Assembly: GCA_951406725.2 (NCBI GenBank)
Contig: OX597817.1
Span: 72,292,001-72,356,000 of the forward strand
Reading direction: 5' to 3'
Origin: Octopus vulgaris
Taxonomy: Eukaryota
Length of the DNA stretch: 64,000 nucleotides
A program made the translations under genes and the position numbers. Shown one piece after another: positions 27,950 to 39,946 of this stretch. Below the pieces are notes generated by a model, which was not told the DNA's origin, ran no database searches, and saw only the letters and a program-made list of their open reading frames with translations. Every line of letters starts with the position of its first letter. The first letter of the stretch is position 1.

Positions 27950-29054
27950 TTCTAAATAGCTTCAGAATGGTGACCAAAAGAGGAAACCAGGTTGTCTTTA
28001 TCCTTGGTACTAGTGTCTGGAACATTATCATGTCGAAGGGACTCTAGCAACCACATGCGGAGAACAGAATTGAACACTTTCCTGGAAACAAACCAGACTC
28101 TGGCCAAATTCTTCTTATGCTGCCGCGCATCAAAGTGTAGCTGGCCATGTTGTTCAGCATACTCTTTTCTATTTTCTCCCAGTGGTGTTGGAAGAATAGG
28201 TTCAGACAACTTATATACACTTTATACATGAGATTCTGGCATGCAATCGACCACTTGTAGTCATTTTGCTATATGAGAGATATTGATTCAGGTATCGGTT
28301 TTGTTTCAGCCAGCGCTACCAGCTTGATAACATGCCTTCATTGTGAGTCTGCCGGTAAAAATTCCTAATATGCCTTCCAAAGAAGTTTTTTTTTTTTTAT
28401 TCCAGCATCTGACAGTTTTCCTATCATGAAAGTTTGGAATCACAATCTGAATGGCCACGACATTAATGCTGTAAGCTCTTCAGATTTCTTGTAGCCGCAC
28501 TACACCCAAAGTAAGCTCCTTTGCCTGATTCCAGACTTTGTATTTTCCTGAGAAAGAGAATCAGTGACATATTGATTCTCTCTTCATACACTGCTGATTA
28601 GTTTCGATTAAATTTCTAAATGATTTTCCTTTCAACTAACTCTTCTGATCCCGATGCTTTTCTATAATAGTTTTTAGATACTGCTTGGAGAGGATTGATA
28701 GTACCCAGGTGTTCTTTACTTTACTGTCCCCAAACATTGATTTCTGCTTTATTCTTTGCTCTTTGTTAGATTACAGTTTACTAAATATTCGACCGCTAGC
28801 ATATCATAAACAATACCATATAACTGATAATTCTCCAAAGATCAACGATCTTTTCCCCTATATAACAAATGTTCTATGGCATTTTCTTTATATTTTTTAC
28901 TATTCTTTACTAGAATGAGATTTGTTTACAATGTTGTAAATATTTTCCTCTGATTTTGTTAAGTACCATTAGCATAAGATCATTCACTTGCAATTAATAA
29001 AACGTTCAACAAATGTCACTTGTTCATTGTTAATTATTGTTTAGCCATAAAATA
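27950..29054 (-). mobile_element. Highly decayed R4/Dong-like LINE remnant
   Basis: ARQHKKNLARVWFVSRKVFNSVLRMWLLESL aligns with the RNL...WLDYKxAFDSVPHSWILE motif of the other copies. Confidence 0.6.
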
Positions 29055-29587
29055 ACTAAGTTTGGATAAAGTTTTTCCAAATATAATTTCACTTGAACAA
29101 CACTATAGCAAATAAATAGGTCATCATTGTGTTCTTAACTTCACAAAAAATGGGTTTTATAATTACATTTTCTTCTATAGCTAAACCTAAAAAGATTATG
29201 CTTACCTTTTACAATGTTTTGTCTCTGGAAACTTCATCGTCACTGTTAATGCTCTAGTTTCCAGCCATATGATTTTTCAGGCAAATTCCTAATTAGTGGA
29301 CATTATTTACATTATTTAGATTTGATGGATATTTGTCCTCATCTTGTTTGTTGTTAACACAACGTTTCGGCTGATATACCCTCCAGCTTTCATCAGGTGT
29401 CTTGGGGAAATTTCGAAAATTCTTACAGTCAAGTCCAAGGAGAACCGCTTGACAAAGGAAAAGAAGCTTCTGAACAAGATGAGGCATTCTGTTGAACCGC
29501 AGATGATCATCTGGTTCTTCTAAGAGAAAAAGAACTTCTACCAGGACTAGTTGCATAACACCCAGAACAATAGGTGATTTTCCTATA
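29055..29587. repeat. ~530-bp dispersed direct repeat, copy 2
   Basis: Partner of 24662-25191. Confidence 0.95.
29356..29401 (-). ncRNA. Minimal type I hammerhead-like motif
   Basis: GACAC CTGATGA AA GCTG-loop-CAGC C GAAA CG TT GTGTT; palindromic AACGTT helix III. Confidence 0.7.
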
Positions 29588-29589
29588 AT

Positions 29590-30060
29590 CTATGCGATGT
29601 CCCACGTATCATGAAAATCAAATTCCCCCAAAATGCAATGGTTTTTGTGTATATCTCAATGTGAGGGTGACATCAAGTCACTCTACATCTTTCGACAGGA
29701 CCTTCGGCTACATTGAAATGGCTGTAGGAAACTGCTGGAGTCTGTGGTCAAAGTCTGGCTAGAGAGTGTTGCTAAAGGATTCAGCTCTTATCCATAGCTC
29801 CGGAAAGAGATAGTACTGGTTATCGGAGAATTTCTATGGCTACACCAGCACCAATTTCTGGCCTCTTAATTCCCTTAATTTTAATTCCATAAATTGATTT
29901 TTAAAAAAGGGGTGCGTGGTTGAGAAAGACACTAATAGCTCTGCCTACAACCGCAAGGCCACGCTGGTGATCAGCGGGGTATTCAAAGATCTTCCTAGGG
30001 ACACAGTGAGGGACGCTTGCATCAGGTTCCAAAGCCGCCTTGAACCGTGGCGAGAGCTGA
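29590..30060 (+). mobile_element. Tc1/mariner (maT/DD37D-like) transposase C-terminal remnant
   Basis: DVPRIMKIKFPQNAMVF, LLESVVKVWL, DSALIHSS, WLSENF...FWPLNS, DACIRFQSRLE. Confidence 0.75.
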
Positions 30061-30079
30061 ATGCGCACTCTGCCCCCTC

Positions 30080-30170
<91 letters not shown>

Positions 30171-30417
30171 AACCCCTCGACTATCGTGGGTGTTATGTTC
30201 CGAAAGCCTGGCAATAGGTGAAAATCCGCGAAGTAGAAACAGTGCTGTACTGAATATTGTTTTTATTATTTTTATAATTTGTATATATATTTATTTTATT
30301 ATAAATGCAAAACAACACCCCTGAGTAATCGACATAGGCTTAAATAATAAACCGCGATAGATGAACAGCGAAATGGCGAGGGATTACTGATTAAATATAT
30401 ATACATACATATATACA

Positions 30418-30468
<51 letters not shown>

Positions 30469-30561
30469 ATGTATATATATACATATATATGTATATATAT
30501 GTGTATACATATATATGTATGTGTGTATATATAAATGTATGTATGAATAGATATATTTGTA

Positions 30562-30701
<140 letters not shown>

Positions 30702-30758
30702 TACATACATACACACACACACACACGCACACACACATACCTATATATATATATACAT

Positions 30759-32326
30759 AGTAAGGAAAAATTTTTTTAAAAATGCAGAATGCTCAAATGA
30801 AAGAAAATTTTAATAAAATGAGAAAATGATAAAATATATAAATATATATATTTATTCAACCGGTTTTCGTCAATGTATGACTTGTCAAGAATATTTATGT
30901 TTTAAGAAGTTTTTTTAAAAATTAGAAAGGGGAAAAAAGAAAATTGCAATGTTTTTTGTAAAAGAATAATGATAAAAATGTACAAAAATTAAAAAATAAG
31001 TTCTCCGATACATTGTGAGTTCGTTGTGTATCTTGAGTTTTATGGTTGTTTACCAAAAAATTACCTTGAGGTGTTAAGATCCAAAGGGATTAAGAGCATG
31101 TGATGTGTTGTGTTGTTAAATTCAGCATGTTGCAGGACAGGAAGTAGTAGTAATTGTGGTCCTGGTTCTTCAGTTCCTGTGTTGTGAGTAAGGGGAGACA
31201 ACTCTTTTGAGTTCTTCAATAAAACCCAAATTATAAAACTATCATTTTAGCTTCATTTGCATTATCTTTTTTATATAATTGCTTGTTAACTTAACTTTCA
31301 GATTTTAACACTTTATTAATATTATTTTCTAATAATATAAAACTGCATAGACAATTGCATTTCAAATTGTCATATCATTTATAATAAAAATGATAGTAGT
31401 AACAACAACAATAGTGAAAATGATATTTAAAGAATATAAGTTTTAGCTTGAAGTGGTGAATGCATGGTATCTTTATATATTTGTGTTAGTCCATCCATGA
31501 AGAGTGAGGTAGAGAAAGGAAGTTTGATCAACGAGGAGTTTGCATATTAAGTTGTGTTTGGAATTTTTCAATAAAGAGATTCTCCTTGTTAATTCTCTCC
31601 TGTGTGGTGATCCCGTCTTTACATTGGTAGAAGGGGAATATATAGAATTTGGGGTTTAAGTCTTTAGCACATGAGTCTAAGTGGTCACTCAGTGGAATTT
31701 GTCGGTATTCCGGGAGATTTATTTGTTCTTTATGCACCGTTACTCGTTTACGTAACGGGAGACTCGTTTGTCCCACATAATTATGTTGGCAACCAGCGCA
31801 TGTGAGAACGTAGATAAGGTTCTCGGAGGAACAGGAGAAGTTAGTCTTGATTTTAAACTTCGTACCTTGTTTGAAGGTAAATTCAGAGCCTTCAAGTAGA
31901 AAGGGGCAGGTACCACAGTTTGAGCGTGCACATTTTTTTACTGTTGGGGGTGGATGTGGTGTGTGAAGTTTGGCATTTGTCAAGAGTTTTTTTAAAGATT
32001 TGTGTTGCCTTTTGCATTTGAGGATTTTGTGTGTATTTATAATGTTTTTCATTTTTGGGTCTGTTGACAGTAGACTGAGGTTTTGTATGATTGTGGTGTA
32101 TGCTTCGATATTTTTGGGGTTGTGGGTGGAAATGTATGGAAGTATTTTGAGGTTGTGTGTGGTGTTAGGTTGGGTGGTTATCAGTGTAGTGTTGTCTAGT
32201 TCTTTGGCGCGTTTTATTCCATACTCTATAAGGGTGGAGGGATATTGACGTTGTAATAGTGTTTTTTTGAGGTCTTGAAGGCGTATTTCTCGTGTTTTTG
32301 GATCCGAGACAATGGTGCATACCCTT
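30759..32326 (-). repeat. 1.57-kb inverted duplicate of the element's 3' part (35557-37124)
   Basis: ORF 31528-32052(-) encodes the same last 174 aa as 34256-36355(+); nearly identical DNA. Confidence 0.97.
30853..30893 (-). ncRNA. Hammerhead-like motif in the inverted pLTR copy
   Basis: Reverse complement of 36991-37031. Confidence 0.7.
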
Positions 32327-32556
32327 CTTTTTTTCTCCTTTCTAATTTTTAAAAAAACTTCTTAAAACATAAATATTCTTGACAAGTCATACATTGACGA
32401 AAACCGGTTGAATAAATATATATATTTATATATTTTATCATTTTCTCATTTTATTAAAATTTTCTTTCATTTGAGCATTCTGCATTTTTAAAAAAATTTT
32501 TCCTTACTTATCTTTTCTCCACGTGCGGTCAACACAACCCCACCATTTATTGATCT
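32325..32556 (+). repeat. 5' pseudo-LTR (partial tandem repeat)
   Basis: Direct repeat of 36942-37172 with only a few differences. Confidence 0.95.
32374..32414 (+). ncRNA. pLTR minimal type I hammerhead-like motif, U3-A8 core variant
   Basis: TATTC TTGACAA GTCA-TACAT-TGAC GAAA ACCGGT T GAATA; one extra A after GAAA makes the register at the cleavage site ambiguous. Confidence 0.7.
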
Positions 32557-32584
32557 GTACCCTCTACCACACGTGTGATTCAGA

Positions 32585-33427
32585 ATGCCTCCGAAAAACA
32601 AGAGCACTCTTACAGAGACAGTCACCAATAAGACCATTCTAAAAGAACTCAAAGTACTCAATACACATCTACTTACATTCTCCAAAAAAATTGACGAACT
32701 TCTCCTTCAACCCTGGGACAATTCAGAAAACAACCATCATCAACAACTTTCGGATAAAATTGATGTAAACCTAAACGAAATCAACACTACACTGAAAACT
32801 CTACTTTCGGATAAGATAGATGTAAACCTAAATGAAATCAACACTACACTGAAAACTCTACTTACCAATTCAACGCCAAAGAGACCTCAGACACCACTCA
32901 ACACACAGAAGGAACACATTTCAACCCCAGCACAACGCATTAAAAACCAGATCATCACTACTTGGACTAAGAAACTACACAACAGAAAACTTCTCTTCTG
33001 GAACATGCTCAAAAACCAAAACAAAGCTGATATTTACGACAAATGGTTAAACTCCTCCCCTATCATACTACCCCGAAAATTCCAAATCAAACACATCCCA
33101 GACGAACCTGAAAAACAACGCTCCCTAAGAGAAAAACTAACATTGGAAAAAATGAAAACCGAAGTAGAACTTCTAAAACTCAGAGCACAAAACCACGAAC
33201 AAAAATACACAAAAATAGACGATGAGATACTTCTAGAACTAACCTCACACACCAACGAACAGCCCCTCGAACTTGTTATTAAACTATGGAAAGATGAATG
33301 TGAAAAGGAAGAACGAACCTCCCTCAAACGCTGGGAAAACAACAAAGATTTCTTCCTCAACTATGAAACACAATTCATATTAAACCATAAATCCAAAAAC
33401 CCATTCATAAAAGTACCCACAACATAG
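32585..33427 (+). CDS. PLE upstream ORF1, coiled-coil-like; probably extended to 34077 originally
   Basis: 280-aa ATG ORF directly after the pLTR, K/E/L-rich helical segments, 19-aa tandem repeat; the frame stays open past TAG 33425, and a second frame is open 33646-34077. Confidence 0.8.
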   Translation: MPPKNKSTLTETVTNKTILKELKVLNTHLLTFSKKIDELLLQPWDNSENNHHQQLSDKIDVNLNEINTTLKTLLSDKIDVNLNEINTTLKTLLTNSTPKRPQTPLNTQKEHISTPAQRIKNQIITTWTKKLHNRKLLFWNMLKNQNKADIYDKWLNSSPIILPRKFQIKHIPDEPEKQRSLREKLTLEKMKTEVELLKLRAQNHEQKYTKIDDEILLELTSHTNEQPLELVIKLWKDECEKEERTSLKRWENNKDFFLNYETQFILNHKSKNPFIKVPTT

Positions 33428-34007
33428 ACTTCCACTGTACCCCATAAACACCATTCCAAACCGCACCTCAAATACACATACTCTCCAAACCCCCTCCTAA
33501 CAGGACACAACCTCCCCCAACCATATAAAAAACCCTTTCCCCCCCGAAACATCTCAAACAAGACCCACCACAAAACCTGGTTTTCCAATCACTCTAACAC
33601 CCCTCCCCCACCGATTAGAACCTTCAAGAACCTCCCATACACTAGAAATTATCCCCCCTCAAGGCTCCCCTCCCTCACACTAATAACAAACAAGGCATCC
33701 TACCCACACCGATACATATAAGACCCACCCAACGAACCCCCTATAGTCCACCCATCCAACAACCACATTCCTACCACATCTCCTACAGATCTCCAAACCC
33801 TCACATCCCACACGAACCCAATCACCACAACTACATACCCCCCTACATCCCCCCATACAATCTACCAGACACACACCCACAAACCCATCGCATTTCTCAC
33901 AAATCCTTACACCATCGCATCCCATACCAACACAAATACGACAACTACCTACCCCCCTCCAACCTCCCCACCCAAAAACACTCCTACACATACAACCAGA
34001 ACTTTAA

Positions 34008-36355
34008 CAAAGAATACACCCCTTACCTCAACAACCATTTTTTAGACAGAGGGGAAAAATACAAACACCACCGCTAACACAGACCCAAAATAAGAAAACA
34101 AAAATTATAAACCTCTCCAGCAAAACACTGACACCAACCCAAATCAACATCCTAGCAAGAGGTTTGAAATTCACACCCACCCCAAGAACACCCAACCCCC
34201 GGAGGTCAAGGATGACGTTTCTGAATTCTGCAGAAAACTTCGCCTAACAGAAGCTTTGACAGATATCAACAATGGGGACGACTCATTGATCAGAAATAAA
34301 AGCAACTTCCTACCACCAAAAGGGAGAAATAAAACACTGGACGATTTCTGTAAACACATCCAGAGTCTCCCCTTTACCCCAAGCAAAACCAAGGTAAAAT
34401 CCAATTTCAGTAAGGAAGAATGGGAAAACCTACGTGACATACAACTGGATAAAAACCTCACCATCAAAGAAGCGGACAAAGGGAGTGCTGTGGTCCTTAT
34501 GGACACGGAATTTTATAAACACCTAGTGTTCTCCATGCTTAACAATAACATTTTCTATGAGGTTATTAACAACTACAAACAGCAAAAAACAATCAGAAAC
34601 CTCACCACACTCATACGCCAACACGGTCAGGGACTCACAGAAAAAGAAAGGGATTATATCACCATTTTCAAATGCAAGCCCAGCCTTTTTTATGGCCTTC
34701 CTAAAATCCATAAAAACAAATACATCACCGAAGCCTGCAAACTCTCCACTGACATCCACATCAACATCAAAGCACCGGAGGACCTAAAACTAAGGCCCAT
34801 CGTGGCTGGTACCTCCTGTGAAACACACCGCCTGAGTAACTTCCTAGACATCCATTTGAAACCTTTCCTTACCCACATCAAAAGTTTCATTAGGGATGAT
34901 CTGGACATGCTCAAACACCTCCCGAAAACAGTTAACGAGGAGGCACTCCTGGTATCCTTTGATGTCATCAACCTCTACACCAACATTCCACATGAGTATG
35001 GTATAGAGGCAATTGACTTCTGGCTAGAAAAACACCCAGAGACATTCCCTGACCGCATTAACAAGTCTTTTATTACAGAATCTCTTAAGTTCATTCTGAC
35101 AAACAATTTTTTTCTCTTCGACGACACACACTACCGTCAAAAATGTGGCATTGCGATGGGTACCAAGGCTGCACCAGTCCTTGCGAACCTCATAATGGGT
35201 TACTTCGAACTGTCACTCTATGAAATATCAAGCCAGAAATTTGGACATGTTTTCCACACCTACCTAATGGAAAACTGGAAAAGGTATTTAGATGATTGTT
35301 TCATCATATGGAAAGAACCTTATGAAAAACTCCTGGAATTCAAAACCATACTAAACAACATACATCCCAACATCCAATTCACTATGGAATTAAGCAAACA
35401 TCATCTCCCATTCCTTGATCTCCTAATTATAAAAACACCTAAGAACCAAATCATAACAGACATCTACCACAAACCTACAGACTCACAACAATACCTCCTC
35501 TTTAGTTCATGCCACCCAAAACACACCAAGACAAATATCCCTTTCAATTTAGCTAAATGGGTATGCACCATTGTCTCGGATCCAAAAACACGAGAAATAC
35601 GCCTTCAAGACCTCAAAAAAACACTATTACAACGTCAATATCCCTCCACCCTTATAGAGTATGGAATAAAACGCGCCAAAGAACTAGACAACACTACACT
35701 GATAACCACCCAACCTAACACCACACACAACCTCAAAATACTTCCATACATTTCCACCCACAACCCCAAAAATATCGAAGCATACACCACAATCATACAA
35801 AACCTCAGTCTACTGTCAACAGACCCAAAAATGAAAAACATTATAAATACACACAAAATCCTCAAATGCAAAAGGCAACACAAATCTTTAAAAAAACTCT
35901 TGACAAATGCCAAACTTCACACACCACATCCACCCCCAACAGTAAAAAAATGTGCACGCTCAAACTGTGGTACCTGCCCCTTTCTACTTGAAGGCTCTGA
36001 ATTTACCTTCAAACAAGGTACGAAGTTTAAAATCAAGACTAACTTCTCCTGTTCCTCCGAGAACCTTATCTACGTTCTCACATGCGCTGGTTGCCAACAT
36101 AATTATGTGGGACAAACGAGTCTCCCGTTACGTAAACGAGTAACGGTGCATAAAGAACAAATAAATCTCCCGGAATACCGACAAATTCCACTGAGTGACC
36201 ACTTAGACTCATGTGCTAAAGACTTAAACCCCAAATTCTATATATTCCCCTTCTACCAATGTAAAGACGGGATCACCACACAGGAGAGAATTAACAAGGA
36301 GAATCTCTTTATTGAAAAATTCCAAACACAACTTAATATGCAAACTCCTCGTTGA
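34008..36355 (+). CDS. PLE reverse transcriptase + Zn-finger linker + GIY-YIG endonuclease (one 1-nt frameshift in the C-run at 34196-34200)
   Basis: IINLSS, GLKFTPTP, ADKG, FYGLPKIHK, LRPIV, SFDVINLYTNIP, GIAMG, RYLDD, LPFLD, YHKPT, SCHP, CARSNCGTC linker, NLIYVLTCAGCQHNYVGQT; 699 aa uninterrupted from 34256. Confidence 0.95.
34038..34044 (+). promoter_or_regulatory. Candidate -1 ribosomal frameshift slippery heptamer U-UUU-UUA
   Basis: In register with the extended ORF1 frame (CAT TTT TTA GAC...TAA 34077); a -1 slip enters the ATG-less frame FFRQRGKIQ...IINLSSKTLT...GLKFTPTP. Confidence 0.6.
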
Positions 36356-36941
36356 TCAAACTTCCTTTCTCTACCTCACTCTTCATGGATGGACTAACAC
36401 AAATATATAAAGATACCATGCATTCACCACTTCAAGCTAAAACTTATATTCTTTAAATATCATTTTCACTATTGTTGTTGTTACTACTATCATTTTTATT
36501 ATAAATGATATGACAATTTGAAATGCAATTGTCTATGCAGTTTTATATTATTAGAAAATAATATTAATAAAGTGTTAAAATCTGAAAGTTAAGTTAACAA
36601 GCAATTATATAAAAAAGATAATGCAAATGAAGCTAAAATGATAGTTTTATAATTTGGGTTTTATTGAAGAACTCAAAAGAGTTGTCTCCCCTTACTCACA
36701 ACACAGGAACTGAAGAACCAGGACCACAATTACTACTACTTCCTGTCCTGCAACATGCTGAATTTAACAACACAACACATCACATGCTCTTAATCCCTTT
36801 GGATCTTAACACCTCAAGGTAATTTTTTGGTAAACAACCATAAAACTCAAGATACACAACGAACTCACAATGTATCGGAGAACTTATTTTTTAATTTTTG
36901 TACATTTTTATCATTATTCTTTTACAAAAAACATTGCAATT

Positions 36942-37171
36942 TTCTTTTTTTCCCCTTTCTAATTTTTAAAAAAACTTCTTAAAACATAAATATTCTTGAC
37001 AAGTCATACATTGACGAAAACCGGTTGAATAAATATATATATTTATATATTTTATCATTTTCTCATTTTATTAAAATTTTCTTTCATTTGAGCATTCTGC
37101 ATTTTAAAAAAATTTTTCCTTACTTATCATTTCTCCACGTGCGGTCAACACAACCCCACCATTTATTGATC

Positions 37172-37172
<1 letters not shown>
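36942..37172 (+). repeat. 3' pseudo-LTR
   Basis: Direct repeat of 32325-32556; ends at (TA)n. Confidence 0.95.
36991..37031 (+). ncRNA. pLTR hammerhead-like motif, 3' copy
   Basis: Identical to 32374-32414. Confidence 0.7.
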
Positions 37173-37214
<42 letters not shown>

Positions 37215-37823
37215 CCCCTCTGCCCGGCAGTTGACATGATGGAACCCTAGAACCCTAGCCACTAAACGGTTTCTTATTTTCTCTCTGTTTATTTCTGTGT
37301 TCCTTTCTGTTGAAGAGCGTAGGTTCGAAACTTTCTTACTACCCGAGCGTTAAACTAACACATCTGTATGTTGTTTACACACCTGTCTTCCTCATTTGTA
37401 TTTTTTTTTTTGGTAAATTCTCACTATATATATATGTGTGTGTATATGTATGTATGTACGTATGTATGTATGTTTGCATCTATGTCTGTGTGTGTTCTTT
37501 TGTCTGTTCTTGTCACCCCAACATCGCTTGACAATCTGTGTTCGTGTCTGTTTATGGCCCCATAATATCGGCGGTTCGGCATAAGTGATCGACAGAATGA
37601 GTACTAGACTTAAAAGAAATAAGTCTTGTGGTCGATTTGTTCGGTTAAAAACGTTTCAAGATAGTGCTCCAGAATGGTCGCAATCAAATGCCTGCAAAAG
37701 CAAGTAAAAGAATAAAAGAAAAAAATAAAAGAATATATATATACACACACACATATGTGTGTGCGTGTGTGTGTGTGAAAAACTGCACGTATATTTCTTT
37801 TATTAATAAAATCATCTAGCATA

Positions 37824-38560
37824 GGCGCAGGAGTGGCTGTGTGGTAAGTAGCCTGCTTACCAACCACATGGTTCTGGGTTCAGTCCCACAGCGTGGCACC
37901 TTGGGCAAGTGTCTTCTACTATAGCATCGGGCCGACCAAAGCCTTGTGAGTTGATTTGGTTGACGGAAAACTGAAAGAAGCCCGTCGTATATATGTATCG
38001 TTATTACCATTCTTGTTTTTAATTTTATTTTTGTTTTTTGTATCTATATTCGTGTGGCATCGTCCGTTTTTTGTCCCTGTTTCGTATACATTCGATCCTT
38101 TTTCCAAGAAATCTAATGCTCGCAGCTTAGTTTTTCCTTGGGGCTGGCCGGGTTTGAGCGATATCAGGATTAATCAGCCGAAATTTGCTATGATGATCCG
38201 GTTCCTGACTGAAGATTAGAGGCTTCGAATGACCCGTCCGTTTTTTGTCTCGTCTCTTTGTGTATTTTGCGTTCTTGTCCCATTTTGTATTTTTTATATA
38301 TAATTTTTATACATATATATATATATATATATATGCGTGTATGTTTGTGCGTCTGTGTTTGTCCTCCTAGCATTGCTTGACAACCGATGCTGGTGTGTTT
38401 ACGTCCCCGTCACCTAGCGGTTCGGCAAAAGGGACCGATAGAATGAGTACTGGGCTTACAAAGAATAAGTCCCGGGGTCGAGTTGCTCGACTAAAGGCGG
38501 TGCTACAGCATGGCCGCAGTCAAATGACTGAAACAAGTAAAAGAGTAAAAGAGAGAGAGT
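37824..38560 (+). mobile_element. SINE family A interrupted by a ~310-bp insertion in its internal TA tract
   Basis: Head ggcgcaggagtggctgtgtggtaag...gggttcagtccc, unrelated sequence at about 37995-38310, then the 3' half ending gtaaaagagtaaaagag. Confidence 0.9.
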
Positions 38561-38831
38561 ATTAAGTACTAAAGCTTAAAAATTAACTGAGAAGAAATAG
38601 ATGATAAAATATATTACAATGAAGCAAGTTAGTCTTTGGTGAAAGGGCACAGATTTGTTTGTAGGATTTTTTTCCTTTCTTTTCCCTCTTTTTTTTATCA
38701 TTTATTGAATTATCTAATTATATGATTTTTTTTGTTGCTTTTTAGGTTCCGAAATATTTTGTGCTAAGTGAGTCGTCTCCCTTGAATAGTGCTTTCGCGT
38801 CGAGAAACCAACAATATTCTGCACGTACACA

Positions 38832-38878
<47 letters not shown>

Positions 38879-39685
38879 TGTGCGTGTGCGTTTTTGCGTG
38901 TGTTTGCGCGCGCGTATGTGTGTGTCAATGATGAAGGTACTGTGGTGATCATTATGCCTTTCAATGCTTCTAAGACTAGTCACACACACACACAAAAAAA
39001 AACAACGGAAAGTATCCTTAAGAACGATATCATTTAAATTCTTGATTTGGAGTGAGAGTGCCTAAAGGGATCCGAAGCCCAGGTGGATGTCCGATTAATT
39101 AGAGGGATGGTTTGACCAACGTGTTTCCATGCAGATTCTGTCTATCAAATTTAACTCACAGATCTTTGGTCAACCCGGAACTGTAAGAGAAGTCACGTGC
39201 TCATGGGGCCCCATCATTGCATGTAGATAATCACTGAACATCTTAACCACAGAGTGCCGGCCAGTTTATGTCCATACATACACATACAGACACATACACA
39301 CACATGCACAAACACGCGTACACGCACCTACATACATAAATACATGCATACGAACACACGCGCACAAATACACATATACACATGCATACATACATACATA
39401 CATACATACATACATACATACATACGTATGTACATACATACGTACATACATACATACGTATGTACATACATACGTACATACATACATACGTATATACATA
39501 CGTACATACATACATACATACACATCTAGGCACAAAACCCGAAATTTGGTGGGGTGGAGGCCAGTTGAATAGATCAACCCCAGTATGCAACTGGTACTTA
39601 ATTTATCGACCTGGAAAGGTTGAAAGGCAAAGTCGACCTCGGTGGAACACACGCATATACTTACATACATATATATACACATATA

Positions 39686-39717
<32 letters not shown>

Positions 39718-39727
39718 CATACATACA

Positions 39728-39763
<36 letters not shown>

Positions 39764-39776
39764 TATACATACATAT

Positions 39777-39859
<83 letters not shown>

Positions 39860-39864
39860 CATAT

Positions 39865-39895
<31 letters not shown>

Positions 39896-39946
39896 CATAC
39901 ATATATATATATATACATACATATATATATTTATATACATATATAT

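Larger units (their letters stand above)
30759..37172 (+). mobile_element. Near-intact Penelope-like element, Neptune type: 5' inverted copy + pLTR + ORF1 + RT/GIY-YIG + pLTR
   Basis: Component features below; (TA)n on both flanks; no TSD. Confidence 0.95.

Noticed and set aside
33034-35913. Minus-strand ORFs over the Neptune element
   Set aside because: Antisense shadows of a strongly C/A-biased coding strand with no recognisable motifs
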